Positions 12,321 to 26,129 of a stretch of DNA of 64,000 nucleotides are shown here, piece by piece. The translations under genes and the position numbers were made by a program. How positions within the stretch are numbered: the stretch's first letter is position 1; each line of letters opens with the position of its first letter. The DNA is taken from positions 63,996,094-64,060,093 of the forward strand of contig NC_068983.1 in NCBI RefSeq assembly GCF_001194135.2, given 5' to 3'. Source of the stretch: Octopus bimaculoides (lineage: Eukaryota). The notes below the pieces were generated by a model. It had not been told where the DNA came from. It searched no databases and saw nothing but the letters and a program-made list of their open reading frames with translations.

Positions 12321-14391
12321 GGGGATCGATGCATTAATTCCATTTCAAAATAGCGCCATCACCTTTTGTCAAGCCTAATGATTGGGCTATGCGTAAAATG
12401 GTAGTGAAAGACCTTGCAGTTTGGAAATCTAATCTATGTTGATATTAACTGTAAGTAAATAAACAGATCTAAAATTATTGTGCTCATGTATCTACTTTTC
12501 AAAGCTTCTAAGGGTTTTCTAGATTTACTCAGTTAACCTTCATTACATGCATAGCTGGAACTGAGAGGGATAGGAAAATAGTAACGAACTGTTCTGTTGA
12601 CATTGAAGGACCTCGGACAAATCAATGCATTAGGTCTTATAGTATTAATTAATTGTCAGCATGGTAAATCCTACAACGATCATAATTTGCCCCTATACAT
12701 TTAGGACCCCTGGAGAACTGCCAAGTGTGCCTTATGACGGTACTGCGTTTCTGCATGAATAAGACAATTGCGTTTCAGTGGATGTAAGAATATAGTTTCT
12801 GTAAGAAACGATACTCTTATATTCATAGAGAAACTAATATTTCCTTTCTAGATTTGATAATGTGTTAAACACAATCAACTTAGAGTTTGCTTGAATAATT
12901 TAAATGATTACGCCACCCTAGTTTAATTTATGATTTCATAAAATTCATTTCACTTTTAAACAACTGGGAATCTGTACGTATACTGTACCTTACCTCTCTT
13001 TACCCAAAGAGGTTTTGATATTTTGCAGAATGCCTTTGATTATGATGTCAACATTACATCAAAGAACAGTTCATCTCGATCCAGTATTTGTATTTCTTCA
13101 TATTAGCATGGTTCCTACTATCATTTTTTGGAAGTTCATAACAATCCAGCTCACCTGGTTATGCCATGTGTATTACCTTCACAAAGAAATCCTGCACCAT
13201 TATGTGGCATAAATTTCAATCACATACCTGCTTGACCATAAGGCGTTGTCGATGGCCTTTCTAACACTTAATTTGCCATGTAGCCACTATTTCTGGTCTG
13301 AAATTTCATTGAGAATTCATCACAGAACTCAGTCGGCGTAGAGGCTTATAAAGCATAGAGTAGTGGTTGCAGACTAATGCTGAAAACAAGAAGATCTGAC
13401 GATAAATCAGCACCAGGTTATGACTTGTAAATATCAACTTCGAATGTAGTTGCTGCTGTCAGGACAATCACACTTACATGAGTCTCGTCAGTCACGCTAA
13501 AATTTCTGGTTAATAAGAAACAAATTAAGACTTTTCAGGTAGAGATTGAACTCCTGGGACCAGTGGATTGCATAATCAAATCGACACATGAATAACCATC
13601 ATAGATCTCTTCTGATGAAAGACCCTACTTTCTCTTCATCAATTTACTCATGTATACGCGGCCCCAAACGGTTCCTTTATTTTTTCTGTCATCAATATAA
13701 ACATTTCTATTATTGCCACCGTGTTAGTTGTCGGTACCGCAGTTGCTGCAGTAATAATTTTTGATGCAGTTATTCTCAGTCATTTATATTTATTTTTAAC
13801 GTGTGAACTTATGACACACATAAAAAGAAACATTAGAGAACATTGGTATAAAGATCGACCCTTTTATCTTATCGACCGCACATCTTTCAAACTCTATGTA
13901 AAACTCAAAACCTATTACATAGGCAATGATGCTCGCGGGAACAAAGCAGAAGATTTTTAAGAATTAATTTTCTTTAACTGAAGACAAAAATCCTAAAAGA
14001 AACAAGAAGATTTTAGGAAAGATCAATAAATAAGAATAAACATGAGATTTGTGTTAAATAAACATATTTTTGTAGATGAAATGCAAATTCGTTTATCACT
14101 TTCCCGCTTTAAAATGAAGAAATACAAAAATAAAATTAAATTAAATAAATCAAATATAAGCAATATCTGCTGTTTTTGTTTTAGTTTAGATTTAACGATG
14201 AAAAATGGATTACATTTTCAGAAACTACCCAATGAAAATGATTTCAAAATTATTCTGGAATGATTCAAGAAACACTGGCAAAAAATTTTAAAAACATCGT
14301 GAAGATTCATGAATAATATAAAAGCAAATGTCAGCTGTTAACGCCACATACCTGTATATATGTACAGGTATATATGTACATATACATACAC

Positions 14392-14954
14392 AAGAATTGG
14401 ACGGCTTACGAACGCCACACCAAAAAGCTAAACTGCTTTCACACTAACTGCTTTAGAAAGCTATTGAAAATCACCTGGCAAGAAAAGGTCCTAGACAGGG
14501 TGGTCCTCTCTCGGGTTGATTTGTCAAATATTTGCAAACTGCTGAGGAGAGTACAAGTCAGGTCGGCAAGCGTCCTTGTTTAAATACCTGACACATGACT
14601 CTCCAAGAAACTATTTTACAGCGAACTGGCAGTAAGCAAGCGCATGCAAGTTAGACTGAAAATGTGCTTCAAGGATACACTAAAAACTCACTGAAGAAAT
14701 TTGAGATTAACTCTGTAATCTGTGAATCGCAAGCACAAACCTGCCTGGCAAAGGTGAACTAACAGTGGTGCTAACTCCTACGAACAGAAGAGGATTGTAG
14801 GGGCACATAGAAACCGCGGAGTACTTGCCTTCAGTCTCAGCAGATCACTAGTGCCCGACCTACAGTTGAACCCTCCGATAACACATCGGACTAATCGGCC
14901 ACATCTGGACACACCGTGACCAGTCTTATTCTTTTATATGATGTCCTCGGTCAT

Positions 14955-14955
<1 letters not shown>
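14392..14955 (+). mobile_element. RTE-clade (BovB-like) LINE, 5'-truncated 3' fragment
   Basis: WTAYERHTKKLNCFHTNCFRKLLKITWQEKV...PDT*LSKKLFYSEL...FKDTLK...IGLIGHIWTH matches the RTE post-RT consensus (W.Y.RH.K.L..FH..CLR..L.I.WQD...LPK..FYGEL...GL.SH.RTH); followed by a tandem-repeat tail. Confidence 0.85.
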
Positions 14956-15010
<55 letters not shown>

Positions 15011-15180
15011 TTAACTATCTTACTAAGTGAATAATTAACTAATTAACTGATGTAAGCACGTAACTAAGTAAGTAACTAACTGATTAACTGCCTGCCTACC
15101 TACTTACCTACCTATCTACCTACTTGCCTACCTACCTACCTACCTACCTACCTACCTACCTAACTAACTAACTAACTAAG
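14955..15180. repeat. (TAAC)n and (CTAC)n tetranucleotide tracts forming or extending the LINE tail
   Basis: Seen directly. Confidence 0.9.
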
Positions 15181-15756
15181 AAACTAATTAACTCTATAAA
15201 TATTTATAAATACTATTACTCATGCACACACACAATGAGACTCACACACATGTACACACGCATACACACATATATAAAATGTACGCTCGTGTGTGTCAGA
15301 TTAGATTACTAGAATCGAGCTGAGTTTTTGATCGCTACCAGTGTTAAATTACCATGAGTGTAATGTGAAAGATAGGCTAGGGAATAAAATACGCGTTTTT
15401 CACATTTCATTAGAGCACCCCAGTGAGACAGAGTCAGAAGTTGCATCGAGTTAGGAGTAGATTCTAGAATCTTCAAACTTCTTGACCCATTTTGCTTCCT
15501 GGAAATGTCACTTCAGGTCGTAGACCACTGCTGCAATACTCCATTCTTTTCCGGCATTGATACGCACGCATACACGCAAGCACGCCGTGCGCGCTCACAC
15601 ACACATACGCATACATGTATGTATTCAGTTTAAAATTATTCATTTCATCCGTATTTGTATGTATTTAGACATAAAGTGGGAATAGTCATTCTCCCCAGAG
15701 CTATATTTCGAATGCCAGAATGTATTTTACCAAGGAATTTCAAGAAATGAATGCTA

Positions 15757-15757
<1 letters not shown>

Positions 15758-15795
<38 letters not shown>
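15758..15795. repeat. A38 homopolymer
   Basis: 38 consecutive A; no AATAAA immediately upstream. Confidence 0.95.
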
Positions 15796-15797
<2 letters not shown>

Positions 15798-16439
15798 AAA
15801 ACAAGCTACCGATATACGCAGCAAAGCATATATTGGAAGCTGGAACAAGCAAGAAATGAACTCAGTCCATGATAAGTACCATCTCCACGAATTTCATAAA
15901 ACCCAGTCTCGGTAATGCCGTTTCTTACCTTCTAGATTTTCTCTTAGAAATCCAACATCGGGTGTTCACCATGAGGCACTTTTTCCACAAAAGACAAAAA
16001 TTAAAATTAGAAAATTGAAATGACAGGAGGATTGGGTTTCTGTTGAAGGATTATATTTTTTAAAATGAAGTGCAATTTGTTTACCAGGGAAATATTGAAA
16101 AATACTAACTTTGAGAGAATATCCTTTGAATGTTATCTGCTCGTTAGATACTATGCAGTATTTTTTTTATTTCGTAGAATAAAATACAAAATAAAAAGGA
16201 AACTACCACGTTAACTCACTGCAATTGAGAGATGAAAAGAATATTGATTGGAATTGAATAATAAAATGACAAATTAAAGCATAAGTAGGTAGTCTTACTG
16301 AATTATGCATTGTATTGGGTTGTCAGTTTCTTTTGTTTTCTGTTCATTTGATTTTGTCCTTACTTCTCTTCAAGAATTATAACAAATCACTGAATAATAT
16401 ATTCACCTTTGTTGTTCATGATTTCTTGCCAACACTCCA

Positions 16440-16960
16440 TTAGCTAGACAATGCCTCGGAGGCAGAAATGACCGGGTTCTAACTACAAGAATCATCGATC
16501 CATGTTTTCAGCTCCACGTCGTTGTTGAGTGAAGTGCTTCGCAGACATTGGGTGAGAGCACGAGAAATCTGATAATATGAAAGCATGATATGAAGAGTGC
16601 AGTAAGTGCAGTAGAACCTCCCTACCCGTTTGAGACCTTGAATAGCATTTTTGATCAAATTAGTGAGGTTAGGATGAACGTGGTTGAATTGAAAAAAAGG
16701 TCTTGTCACCGGTCGATCGCACCAGATGGATTTCATCATTGAGCTGTTACGTTTGCTGAACCTTAAGCTTTACATCTGCAGTATGGTTCTTTTCCAGTAT
16801 TTTGTTGTGGATTATATCTTCCTAATCACAGAAAACAGGATCATTGTTTTGCTTGGATTCACTTCCAACTTCGCTCCTGGTGATGACTGCTTGTGGGACT
16901 TCAGTTATTTATTCCTCTGCTTCATATTGATGGAAATGAAGAATATAATGAAATAAATCG
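16440..16960 (-). mobile_element. Decayed mariner transposase fragment (catalytic domain)
   Basis: Minus strand reads ..INMKQR...PHKQ.SPGAKLEVNPSKTMIL...LEKNHT...RALTQCLRSTSLNNDVELKTWID, matching the mariner DDD-domain layout (YIN.KQRK.W...TM..VWW...FRSL.N......F). Confidence 0.7.
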
Positions 16961-17330
16961 TAACCTTACTAAGGTGGTGTGCAATTTGCACGTAATATAT
17001 TGTTTTGAATTGAAAATGTTGAAATAGAAAGGTGATGACCCTATTTTACTTGTCTATTCTTAATGTGTGAGGTTTCCTTTAGAGGTAACGTTGACATGTA
17101 ATTTAGAATATGGGCGTAGGTGACTGTTTCGACATCCTGTCATACCAGAGAGCTTATGCTATTTGTTAGAAAGTTAGCAAAAGAAGAGTAATGTTTGTCA
17201 AAAGGACAGATAGACACACCATAATCTATGCCTAACTACCAAAAATGCGCGTGGTGAGTAATATCCAGTATGAAGAAATGGCACGATGTTAGACCACTGT
17301 AAGTGCGATGAACGTTTTTCCTCGCACCTG
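16945..17330. repeat. Unclassified diverged direct repeat, copy 1
   Basis: Aligns with 19990-20370; includes an identical 20-mer TAGGTGACTGTTTCGACATC and a shared TTAGAAAGTTAGCAAAAGAA. Confidence 0.85.
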
Positions 17331-19291
17331 TGGTAATAACGTTTCTTTTTTAGTCACGAGTATCCTAGTGTTGAGCGGTAGAAGAATGCTGGTGTTTGTA
17401 TTCAGTTTGTGTGGCAGACATGCTTCGAGTTTGAGACCTTACCTATCGAGTGAAGGCGACGAGCGACGGTAACTTTAGAGCTTTTCATCTGGACCAAATT
17501 CCCTAGTGGATTGGGCGAGAATCCTTGTGCAGGAGCGTTTTCAATCGATCCTCATTCAGATGAACACATTGACAGGAACAACGAGAATATGTAGGGTCGA
17601 GATTTCCCGCCGAGTACACTGGGAAATACATTTCGGTGCAGTTCTTTCAATAATAATACATTCTCTGTACATAGTTCAAATTGTATCGAGCGGCATGGCA
17701 CCTTTCGGTCCTTAGAAAAGGAAGTTGATGTTGAAAATTCTCATTTGTTTTCTGCTTGGTACTCTATCGTCATATGTGTTAAAAAAGGTAAAATCCATTC
17801 AAATTTCCAAAACTATAAGACGAAGGACAGAACTACACCCCCACCCCATAAAGCAGTACAAGAAAAATATCTTTCGTTTAAATTAGAATAACATTGAATG
17901 AAACGAAGGCATTTGTCTGGTAACCGAATATTCTCACGCTAAAGTTTTTTCTTAGTTCTTACTTGTATGAAGAAAACAAAAATCTTGCAGGCGACTTCCA
18001 AAGAAAAATAGAACATGTCAAGAAAATGAACTGAATTGTATAGGAGAAATTATGATCCTTCTTAGCGGACATAGAGTTAGTTACTGACATGCTTAGAGCC
18101 TCGACAATGAACCAAAGCCGAATTGGAACATGCTTGATCAATCGTAATTCGTCTCGTTATTAGTCTCACCCCGATGCCTGCTAATACTTTTGATATGTCA
18201 CTGTGATCTATGGCTGACTCCTTGAGAGGGACTTTCATTGTTGCCCCTATATTATGGGCGTATTCAGGTGCTTGTGTGTTAATTTCATTTTATATTTTGA
18301 CATGTGCTTTTATATTCTTTATTCATACTTTTCTGAAGGATCTTATAGTGACTTCATTTGCTGTTTGTCTCATGGTATATTGTCTTTCAAAAGGAAACGT
18401 GTTCAGATAAATGCATGCCTATATATAAGCATATACATATGCAAATAGGCACATACACATCATATGAAAAGAAAGTGAGGGAAGGAGGCGAGTGAGTGAG
18501 AAAACTATTAACAGAGCGAGCTGTCCATTGATAGAACATACTAATTTCAGTTTAGGGTAATTCAGCTGATTTAATATGCATTCGCTTTTCATTGTTATTA
18601 GCAGTAACGTTAAGCGTTACTGTTAGTGGAACTGAAAATTGGATCGACGTTTTTGTATCTCGATTTTACCATCCCCTTCAGTGGTTTCCATAGAATCATT
18701 TAGAAATCCCCAGCATACTATAATAAAACGTTAGAACCGATTATATGATCATTAATTAATGTCTATGGAAACTATGATTTGAAGCTATCATAAATTAACT
18801 CGAACAGCAAATTAGGAGATTTGACATGAAACATCAAGATACTCTCATCTTATTAAAATACATCATCTACACTGATTCTTATAATTAGTATCTCACAAAA
18901 CTCTGTGTTCCATACAACTTCTAATAGACTGGAATTACTTTTATCAAGCGTCTTCACTAATGTTGTATGTTGTTTATTTTCCAAATTAGATCAGTAACGT
19001 ATTCATTGTTCAATGGCGTCTTCTAATTCTTCGTTGTCATCTTTTTCTTTGATCATTTGTCTCTAGCAGTTATTGCTCTTTTTCGGTAGCATATCTTTGA
19101 AGTGTAATGTGTCTATATTCAGAAATACCTAAGATTTATTGATTTATTTATTAAATTCTGTTTTATCGCAAAGAAAGGAATGCCATGGAGCTTGATAAGT
19201 GATAAAAAATGTATTTCAGTGTATAATTCGTTTCGTCAACTATACTGTAAAATCAAATGTATGTATGTATGTATGTATATATGTATGTATG

Positions 19292-19332
<41 letters not shown>

Positions 19333-19989
19333 NNNNNNNNNNNNNNNNNNNNNNNNNNNNNNNNNNNNNNNNNNNNNNNNNNNNNNNNNNNNNNNNNNNN
19401 NNNNNNNNNTATATATGTGTATATATATATATGTATGTATGTATTTATTTATGTATGTTTGTGCCTGTGTATGTATGTGAAATGTGAATATATTTATGAA
19501 TATACATATATATATAATATACGTGTAAAGATTCATGTATTATGTGTATATATGTATATACATGTACATATATATACATACATATAGATATACAAATATA
19601 CATCTACATATATGTGTGTGTATGTGTGTGTGTGTGTGTGCATATGTGTGTGTGTGTGTGTGTGTGTACCAATCTAGAGTTATTGTAACATCAATTATTG
19701 AATTGAGAGAATAACTGTTTGAAAAAAATATGTTCGAGCAAAGATATATTTCAAAAAAACCTACATCAATGAACGTTAAAACAAAAGTTCGAATTCAATG
19801 GCGTTTGTTAAAGTTTATAATTCTATAATGCCGTTGCTCTTCAAGGATTGTACGGTGTCATAAACATTTATAATTGCTTTAACAACAAAGACATCAAATC
19901 AAACACCCCCGCTACGAATATCTAATAAAGTCTAAACTTGAAGCAATTATGCTAAAATACATAAAGAACCCCATTTTAAATGAGGATTG

Positions 19990-20370
19990 TGATGAAATGA
20001 ATCGTAAAGTTAATAAGCCGTTGTGCATATTATACGTGATATTGTTTCGAATAAAAAGTGTTGAAGAAGTAAGATGATGACCCATTTTTTTTTACTCTCT
20101 TCTTACTGTGTGAGGTTTCTTTTAGTGCTAACGGTGGACATGTAATCTAGAACAATCAGTTATAGTGTTTGGTCTTAGGTGACTGTTTCGACATCATATT
20201 AGACAGCTTATGTGTTGTTTTAGAAAGTTAGCAAAAGAAAAGCAATGTTTCTCAAATGAATGAATGGCCACAACATAGAGCTAATGTGTAACTACTGACA
20301 ATGTTCGGTGACAGAAATATATAGTATGACGAAATAGGACAATATTATACCATTCTATATATGAAGAGCA
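19990..20370. repeat. Unclassified diverged direct repeat, copy 2
   Basis: See 16945-17330. Confidence 0.85.
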
Positions 20371-20798
20371 GCGAATTCTTGCAAGAACATCGACCTGGGA
20401 GTAGAAAAGTCTGAATATGAATCACTGCTCTTCCGTGTCTTCTTTTAATTAAGAAGACTTAGATGGACGAAAATCCTAATCTAAAATCCGATTGTGGTAA
20501 TAGACAGAACATCGCATTTTTAATGTTATCGAAAACATTCCTCATATGAAGTAAGGGGATTAGGGACAGTATAGACTCAAATCACAAACAGGTACACGCG
20601 TAGATTCTCACTATGTCGTTCACGTGAGATATCTACCTACAGTGTAATCACCGAGACGAAAAGTTTGGTGATAAATATTAGTTTAACGTTTGGAAGTAGG
20701 AAAACACATTCAGTCGCAAAGGTGGCTAATCTAAACATGCTGTCGTTCATTGGCATATTCAATGATCAGCATGCATTGTAAAAGAGCATAAGAAACCA

Positions 20799-20891
<93 letters not shown>

Positions 20892-20949
20892 ATGCATATA
20901 TGTATGTGTGCGTGTATGTGTGTGAGTGTGTGTGTATGCATATTATCTG

Positions 20950-21115
20950 TCCGGTTAGAAGCTCACTTCCCTACCAAATTCTTCAAGCTTCAGTCCCACT
21001 GCGTGACACCTTGTGCAAATGTCTTTTACTATAACTCGGTTTAACCAATGCATTGTAAGCGGATTCAGTAGGTGGAAACTGAAAGAATCCCGTCATATAG
21101 ATATATGTGTGTGCA
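20950..21115 (+). mobile_element. tRNA-headed SINE family C, 5' half
   Basis: CTTCAGTCCCACTGCGTGACACCTTGTGCAAATGTCTTTTACTATA...GGAAACTGAAAGAATCCCGTC matches 46187 and 62740. Confidence 0.8.
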
Positions 21116-21313
21116 CATACATATTCATAAATACTTACATATACGCACATACTCGCACATATGCATGGGTATGTGAATGACGTTTACAAATGAAACATAA
21201 GCAATACACAAAATAGAGTTCATCTATTTTTATTAAAAGCCGAAATTTCTTTAAGTATCATTGGATACTTATTGTTGATAATTATACTTTCAATACGGGG
21301 AGAGTAGCCAAAA

Positions 21314-21344
<31 letters not shown>

Positions 21345-22324
21345 ATATGTAAAATAAAATATACAAATAAACTCTCATATTTGTCTAAGATGGATATTTC
21401 ATAAAACTATAGCTATTTTATTTGAAACGCAAATTGAACAGATTACTATTTTCACAAGTTTTGACATTTCCTTATCAATATTATAGTCCTTGATACTGTT
21501 AATTCTAAAAAAAAAAAATACATATATTATGATACACATCTGTTCAAAGTTGATTGAATCCTTCATCATGTTTATTTGCAGAAAATTTCATATATTACAT
21601 TTAAATATTACGTCATCCTCTGTAGATGCTTTTATGTGACGAACAAAAATATATTTTTTAATGAAAGTAAAAAAGAAATGAGAATGTTGGATTCGGAAGG
21701 CATGAATTTATCTAATGAGAAATTTTTGAATTAAGAGAATTTTGTGAATGGAGAAGTATCAGATGTGAAATGTCGTCTAACAACGTTACTATTAAATTTA
21801 GCTGTTTCTGTTCCAAATTTGTGTACGGCTAAAACTATAATTAACAGCTTTTCAAATTGAAATTTTACAATATTCATGATTCTGCAGTGTGTGCTTATCT
21901 AATAAGAAATGATTAGAGACACGTGTACTTACATTCAGACTGTATGGTGCATTGAACCAAATGATTTAAGTTTTCTATTTTTACATGTCTGAGAACTGAT
22001 ATTATCTATATAACTAATTTTATCTTTTAACCCGCTTCGTTTAATGTGAATAAAAAATGTTATTTTTGCCGTCGTATATCATAAAGAAAAGTGAAAAAAA
22101 TGATTGATAGCTTTATACAACAACGTTGAAACTACATCAAATAGCTTTGTATTGCACGTGCTGAATCAATGTATTTCATAGGTTATTCCATATATAAATA
22201 CAAAATTATTTCATATGTTTTATTGATTGACTGAAAGTCGATAAAACGTGAAATTAATAATCGGAATCTATGTAATTTCAGCTCAAAATATAAGTCGTGT
22301 AAGTGTGTGTGTATACAAACACAC

Positions 22325-22369
<45 letters not shown>

Positions 22370-22380
22370 TACACACACAC

Positions 22381-22444
22381 ATAACACAACACACACATAA
22401 CACAACACACACATAACACAACACACACATAACACAACACACAC
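22381..22444. repeat. 16-bp minisatellite (ATAACACAACACACAC)x4 within a (CA)n region
   Basis: Seen directly. Confidence 0.9.
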
Positions 22445-23549
22445 ATATATGCATATGTGTGTAGGTCTATATACATGTGTCCGCGTGTGTGTGTGTGCAT
22501 TGATATATATATATGCATACACACGCACATATATACATGTGTATGTCTGTGTGCATGTTTGTGAGTGTATCGCTATCTCCCCCTCTCTATCTGTGTAGCT
22601 ATGTATGTATGTATATATGTATATATGTATGTATGTAAGTATGTATCTATCTATNNNNNNNNNNNNNNNNNNNNNNNNNNNNNNNNNNNNNNNNNNNNNN
22701 NNNNNNNNNNNNNNNNNNNNNNNNNNNNNNNNNNNNNNNNNNNNNNNNNNNNNNNNNNNNNNNNNNNNNNNNNNNNNNNNNNNNNNNNNNNNNNNNNNNN
22801 NNNNNNNNNNNNNNNNNNNNNNNNNNNNNNNNNNNNNNNNNNNNNNNNNNNNNNNNNNNNNNNNNNNNNNNNNNNNNNNNNNNNNNNNNNNNNNNNNNNN
22901 NNNNNNNNNNNNNNNNNNNNNNNNNNNNNNNNNNNNNNNNNNNNNNNNNNNNNNNNNNNNNNNNNNNNNNNNNNNNNNNNNNNNNNNNNNNNNNNNNNNN
23001 NNNNNNNNNNNNNNNNNNNNNNNNNNNNNNNNNNNNNNNNNNNNNNNNNNNNNNNNNNNNNNNNNNNNNNNNNNNNNNNNNNNNNNNNNNNNNNNNNNNN
23101 NNNNNNNNNNNNNNNNNNNNNNNNNNNNNNNNNNNNNNNNNNNNNNNNNNNNNNNNNNNNNNNNNNNNNNNNNNNNNNNNNNNNNNNNNNNNNNNNNNNN
23201 NNNNNNNNNNNNNNNNNNNNNNNNNNNNNNNNNNNNNNNNNNNNNNNNNNNNNNNNNNNNNNNNNNNNNNNNNNNNNNNNNNNNNNNNNNNNNNNNNNNN
23301 NNNNNNNNNNNNNNNNNNNNNNNNNNNNNNNNNNNNNNNNNNNNNNNNNNNNNNNTATATATATATATATATATATATATATGTAAGCTTTCCGTTATAT
23401 TTATTTATATATATTTATTTATATTAAGGGCATACGTAAATGCCTCACGCTAGGAAGGACTCTAAAATCCAAGTACCATAAGATACACATTTTTACCGAA
23501 CGCGAGGGAATGCAATTCTCAAAGCGAGCCTCTTAAAAACAGTCTTAAC

Positions 23550-23607
23550 TGTATATCATGCTTTCGTAACCAGTGCAGTAATTTGCACTCTTTATTCTTC
23601 AGTACAC
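23550..23607 (-). ncRNA. Type I hammerhead ribozyme motif, degenerate (left arm)
   Basis: TGTA-CTGAAGA-ATAA AAG AGTGCA AATTAC TGCACT GG TTAC-GAAA-G CATG A-TA-TACA: core and helix I intact, mismatches at 10.1-11.1 and 15.2-16.2. Confidence 0.6.
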
Positions 23608-24064
23608 ATATAGTCAAGTCACATAAAAATAAACAAAAAATCAACATACCAGACGAACTCTCCATGTATCTAGCATAGTACATAGAAAAATGTTTATTAT
23701 GGTAGTTTGACTTTTAGAGTTCCTCCTAGCGTGACGTATTTATGTATAGTAATGTCCTTGATATGAATAAATATATTTATAGGGAATAATTAAAAAAAAT
23801 TCCCTTATGAGGTTTTTTCACGCTAACTACTTGTTAAATTCTTATAAAGATTTTATTCTATATTTAAATTGTAAATTGAAGCAGAATATATTCAGTGCTG
23901 AATTTTATTTTGAGAAAACACGGGTTCCGAGATGCAATTCGAAAAGTCCGCCTCTGATATTGATATATACGGATAAATAATTTTCAATGTACTATGCTGG
24001 ATACATGGAGTGTTCATCTGGTATGCTGATTTTTGGGCTTATTTTTATGTGTCTTGACTATATG

Positions 24065-24121
24065 TGTACTGAAGAGTAAAGAGGGCAAATTACTGCACTG
24101 ATTAAGAAATCATGATCAACC
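24065..24121 (+). ncRNA. Type I hammerhead ribozyme motif, degenerate (right arm)
   Basis: TGTA-CTGAAGA-GTAA AGAGGGCA AATTAC TGCACT GA TTAA-GAAA-T CATG A-TC-AACC: core and helix III intact, helix I 3' strand and position 11.1 mutated. Confidence 0.6.
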
Positions 24122-25195
24122 GTTAAGTCTGTTTTTAAGAGGCTCGCTTCGAGAATTGCATTCCCTCGTGTTCGGTAAAAATGTGTTTATTATGGTAGTT
24201 TGAATTTCAGAGTCCCTCCTAGCGTGAGGCATTTATGTATAGTAATATCCCTAATATGAATAAATATATTTATAGGGAATAATTAATCAATTGTTCCCTT
24301 ATAAGGTTTTTACACGCTAACTACTTGATAAATTCTTATAAAGATGTTATCCTACATTTAAATTGTATATATATGTATATGTATACACACACAAACCCCC
24401 CCCCACACATATATATATATATATATATANNNNNNNNNNNNNNNNNNNNNNNNNNNNNNNNNNNNNNNNNNNNNNNNNNNNNNNNNNNNNNNNNNNNNNN
24501 NNNNNNNNNNNNNNNNNNNNNNNNNNNNNNNNNNNNNNNNNNNNNNNNNNNNNNNNNNNNNNNNNNNNNNNNNNNNNNNNNNNNNNNNNNNNNNNNNNNN
24601 NNNNNNNNNNNNNNNNNNNNNNNNNNNNNNNNNNNNNNNNNNNNNNNNNNNNNNNNNNNNNNNNNNNNNNNNNNNNNNNNNNNNNNNNNNNNNNNNNNNN
24701 NNNNNNNNNNNNNNNNNNNNNNNNNNNNNNNNNNNNNNNNNNNNNNNNNNNNNNNNNNNNNNNNNNNNNNNNNNNNNNNNNNNNNNNNNNNNNNNNNNNN
24801 NNNNNNNNNNNNNNNNNNNNNNNNNNNNNNNNNNNNNNNNNNNNNNNNNNNNNNNNNNNNNNNNNNNNNNNNNNNNNNNNNNNNNNNNNNNNNNNNNNNN
24901 NNNNNNNNNNNNNNNNNNNNNNNNNNNNNNNNNNNNNNNNNNNNNNNNNNNNNNNNNNNNNNNNNNNNNNNNNNNNNNNNNNNNNNNNNNNNNNNNNNNN
25001 NNNNNNNNNNNNNNNNNNNNNNNNNNNNNNNNNNNNNNNNNNNNNNNNNNNNNNNNNNNNNNNNNNNNNNNNNNNNNNNNNNNNNNNNNNNNNNNNNNNN
25101 NNNNNNNNNNNNNNNNNNNNNNNNNNNNNNNNNNNNNNNNNNNNNNNNNNNNNNNNNNNNNNNNNNNNNNNNNNNNNNNNNNNNNNNNNNNNNNN

Positions 25196-25227
<32 letters not shown>

Positions 25228-26129
25228 TATATAGACTTATATGAATAAATTGTCTAGATTTCGTGTCTAAACTGGGAGCCTATATTTGCAAGGCAAACGT
25301 TTTCATCTCAGGGACAGGTTTCTATGCACGTGTTTGAGTATGTGGGACAGAAAGTAAAAGAACAGAGAGAGAGAGAGTTTAAGATGTAGGGAAAGGAAGT
25401 GAAGGAGTCAGCGTGAATGTGTCTGCGCGCAAGCGCGTGTCTTTTTATAGAATTACGAAGTATCTTGTTGCAGACTACTTATGTCCTTAAATATACGATG
25501 CGTTTGGAGCAATGAAAATGCTTGTGCTTCTCATTGTATTACGAGAGTGGGATATGTCCTTAGTCGATAAACTAAATTACTCTTCTGCATACGAAATTAT
25601 CCTAAAATATATGAGGAACGATTCACCGCTGTTAGCAGTAATGGTATACCATATTGTACGTATGATACTCTCCCTTGAGAGATTACCTCTATTAACCTGA
25701 TTTATACAGGCTTACTTAAGGAATCTATAGCAGTGTTCAATTGTTATTACTGGCTTATTCACAATTGAATATACGATTGCAATATATTTAAGAGGCGGGA
25801 TGGAAAACTACAGTTGTTTTAATACTTTTAGGTATACTACAGGTCTAAATATTACGAGTAAGAATGAGAGTAGCTATGTTAAACTAGTAAACCTACTTGG
25901 GGCACTGACGCACCTATTCTAGATTGTAACTATGGGCATATTAACGTAGGTCATTAGAAAAGTTTTAGTTATATATACTTAAAACACAGCAGATCGAATG
26001 ATACGCTTAGCTTCCGTTGCATTAGTACTGATAGAAATTATAATACGGGACAGGCATCGATTGAAGTTTGGTACCAGGAAAATGAGGATACAGAAATTGC
26101 CAGAGTAACCGGGAACATAAATATGGCAG

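Larger units (their letters stand above)
23400..24365. mobile_element. Foldback element with ~290-bp inverted arms and an internal direct duplication; Penelope-like pseudo-LTR derivative (inferred)
   Basis: 23400-23685 is the reverse complement of ~23985-24275; 23686-23875 is a direct copy of ~24180-24365; each arm carries an HHR-like motif. Confidence 0.75.

Noticed and set aside
15645-15795. Processed pseudogene ending in A38
   Set aside because: No polyadenylation signal, ORF or target-site duplication found.
17340-17800. Coding-like stretch with a weak GNAT-like peptide (FELCTENVLLLKELHRNVFP)
   Set aside because: The resemblance is superficial and the frame is interrupted by stops.
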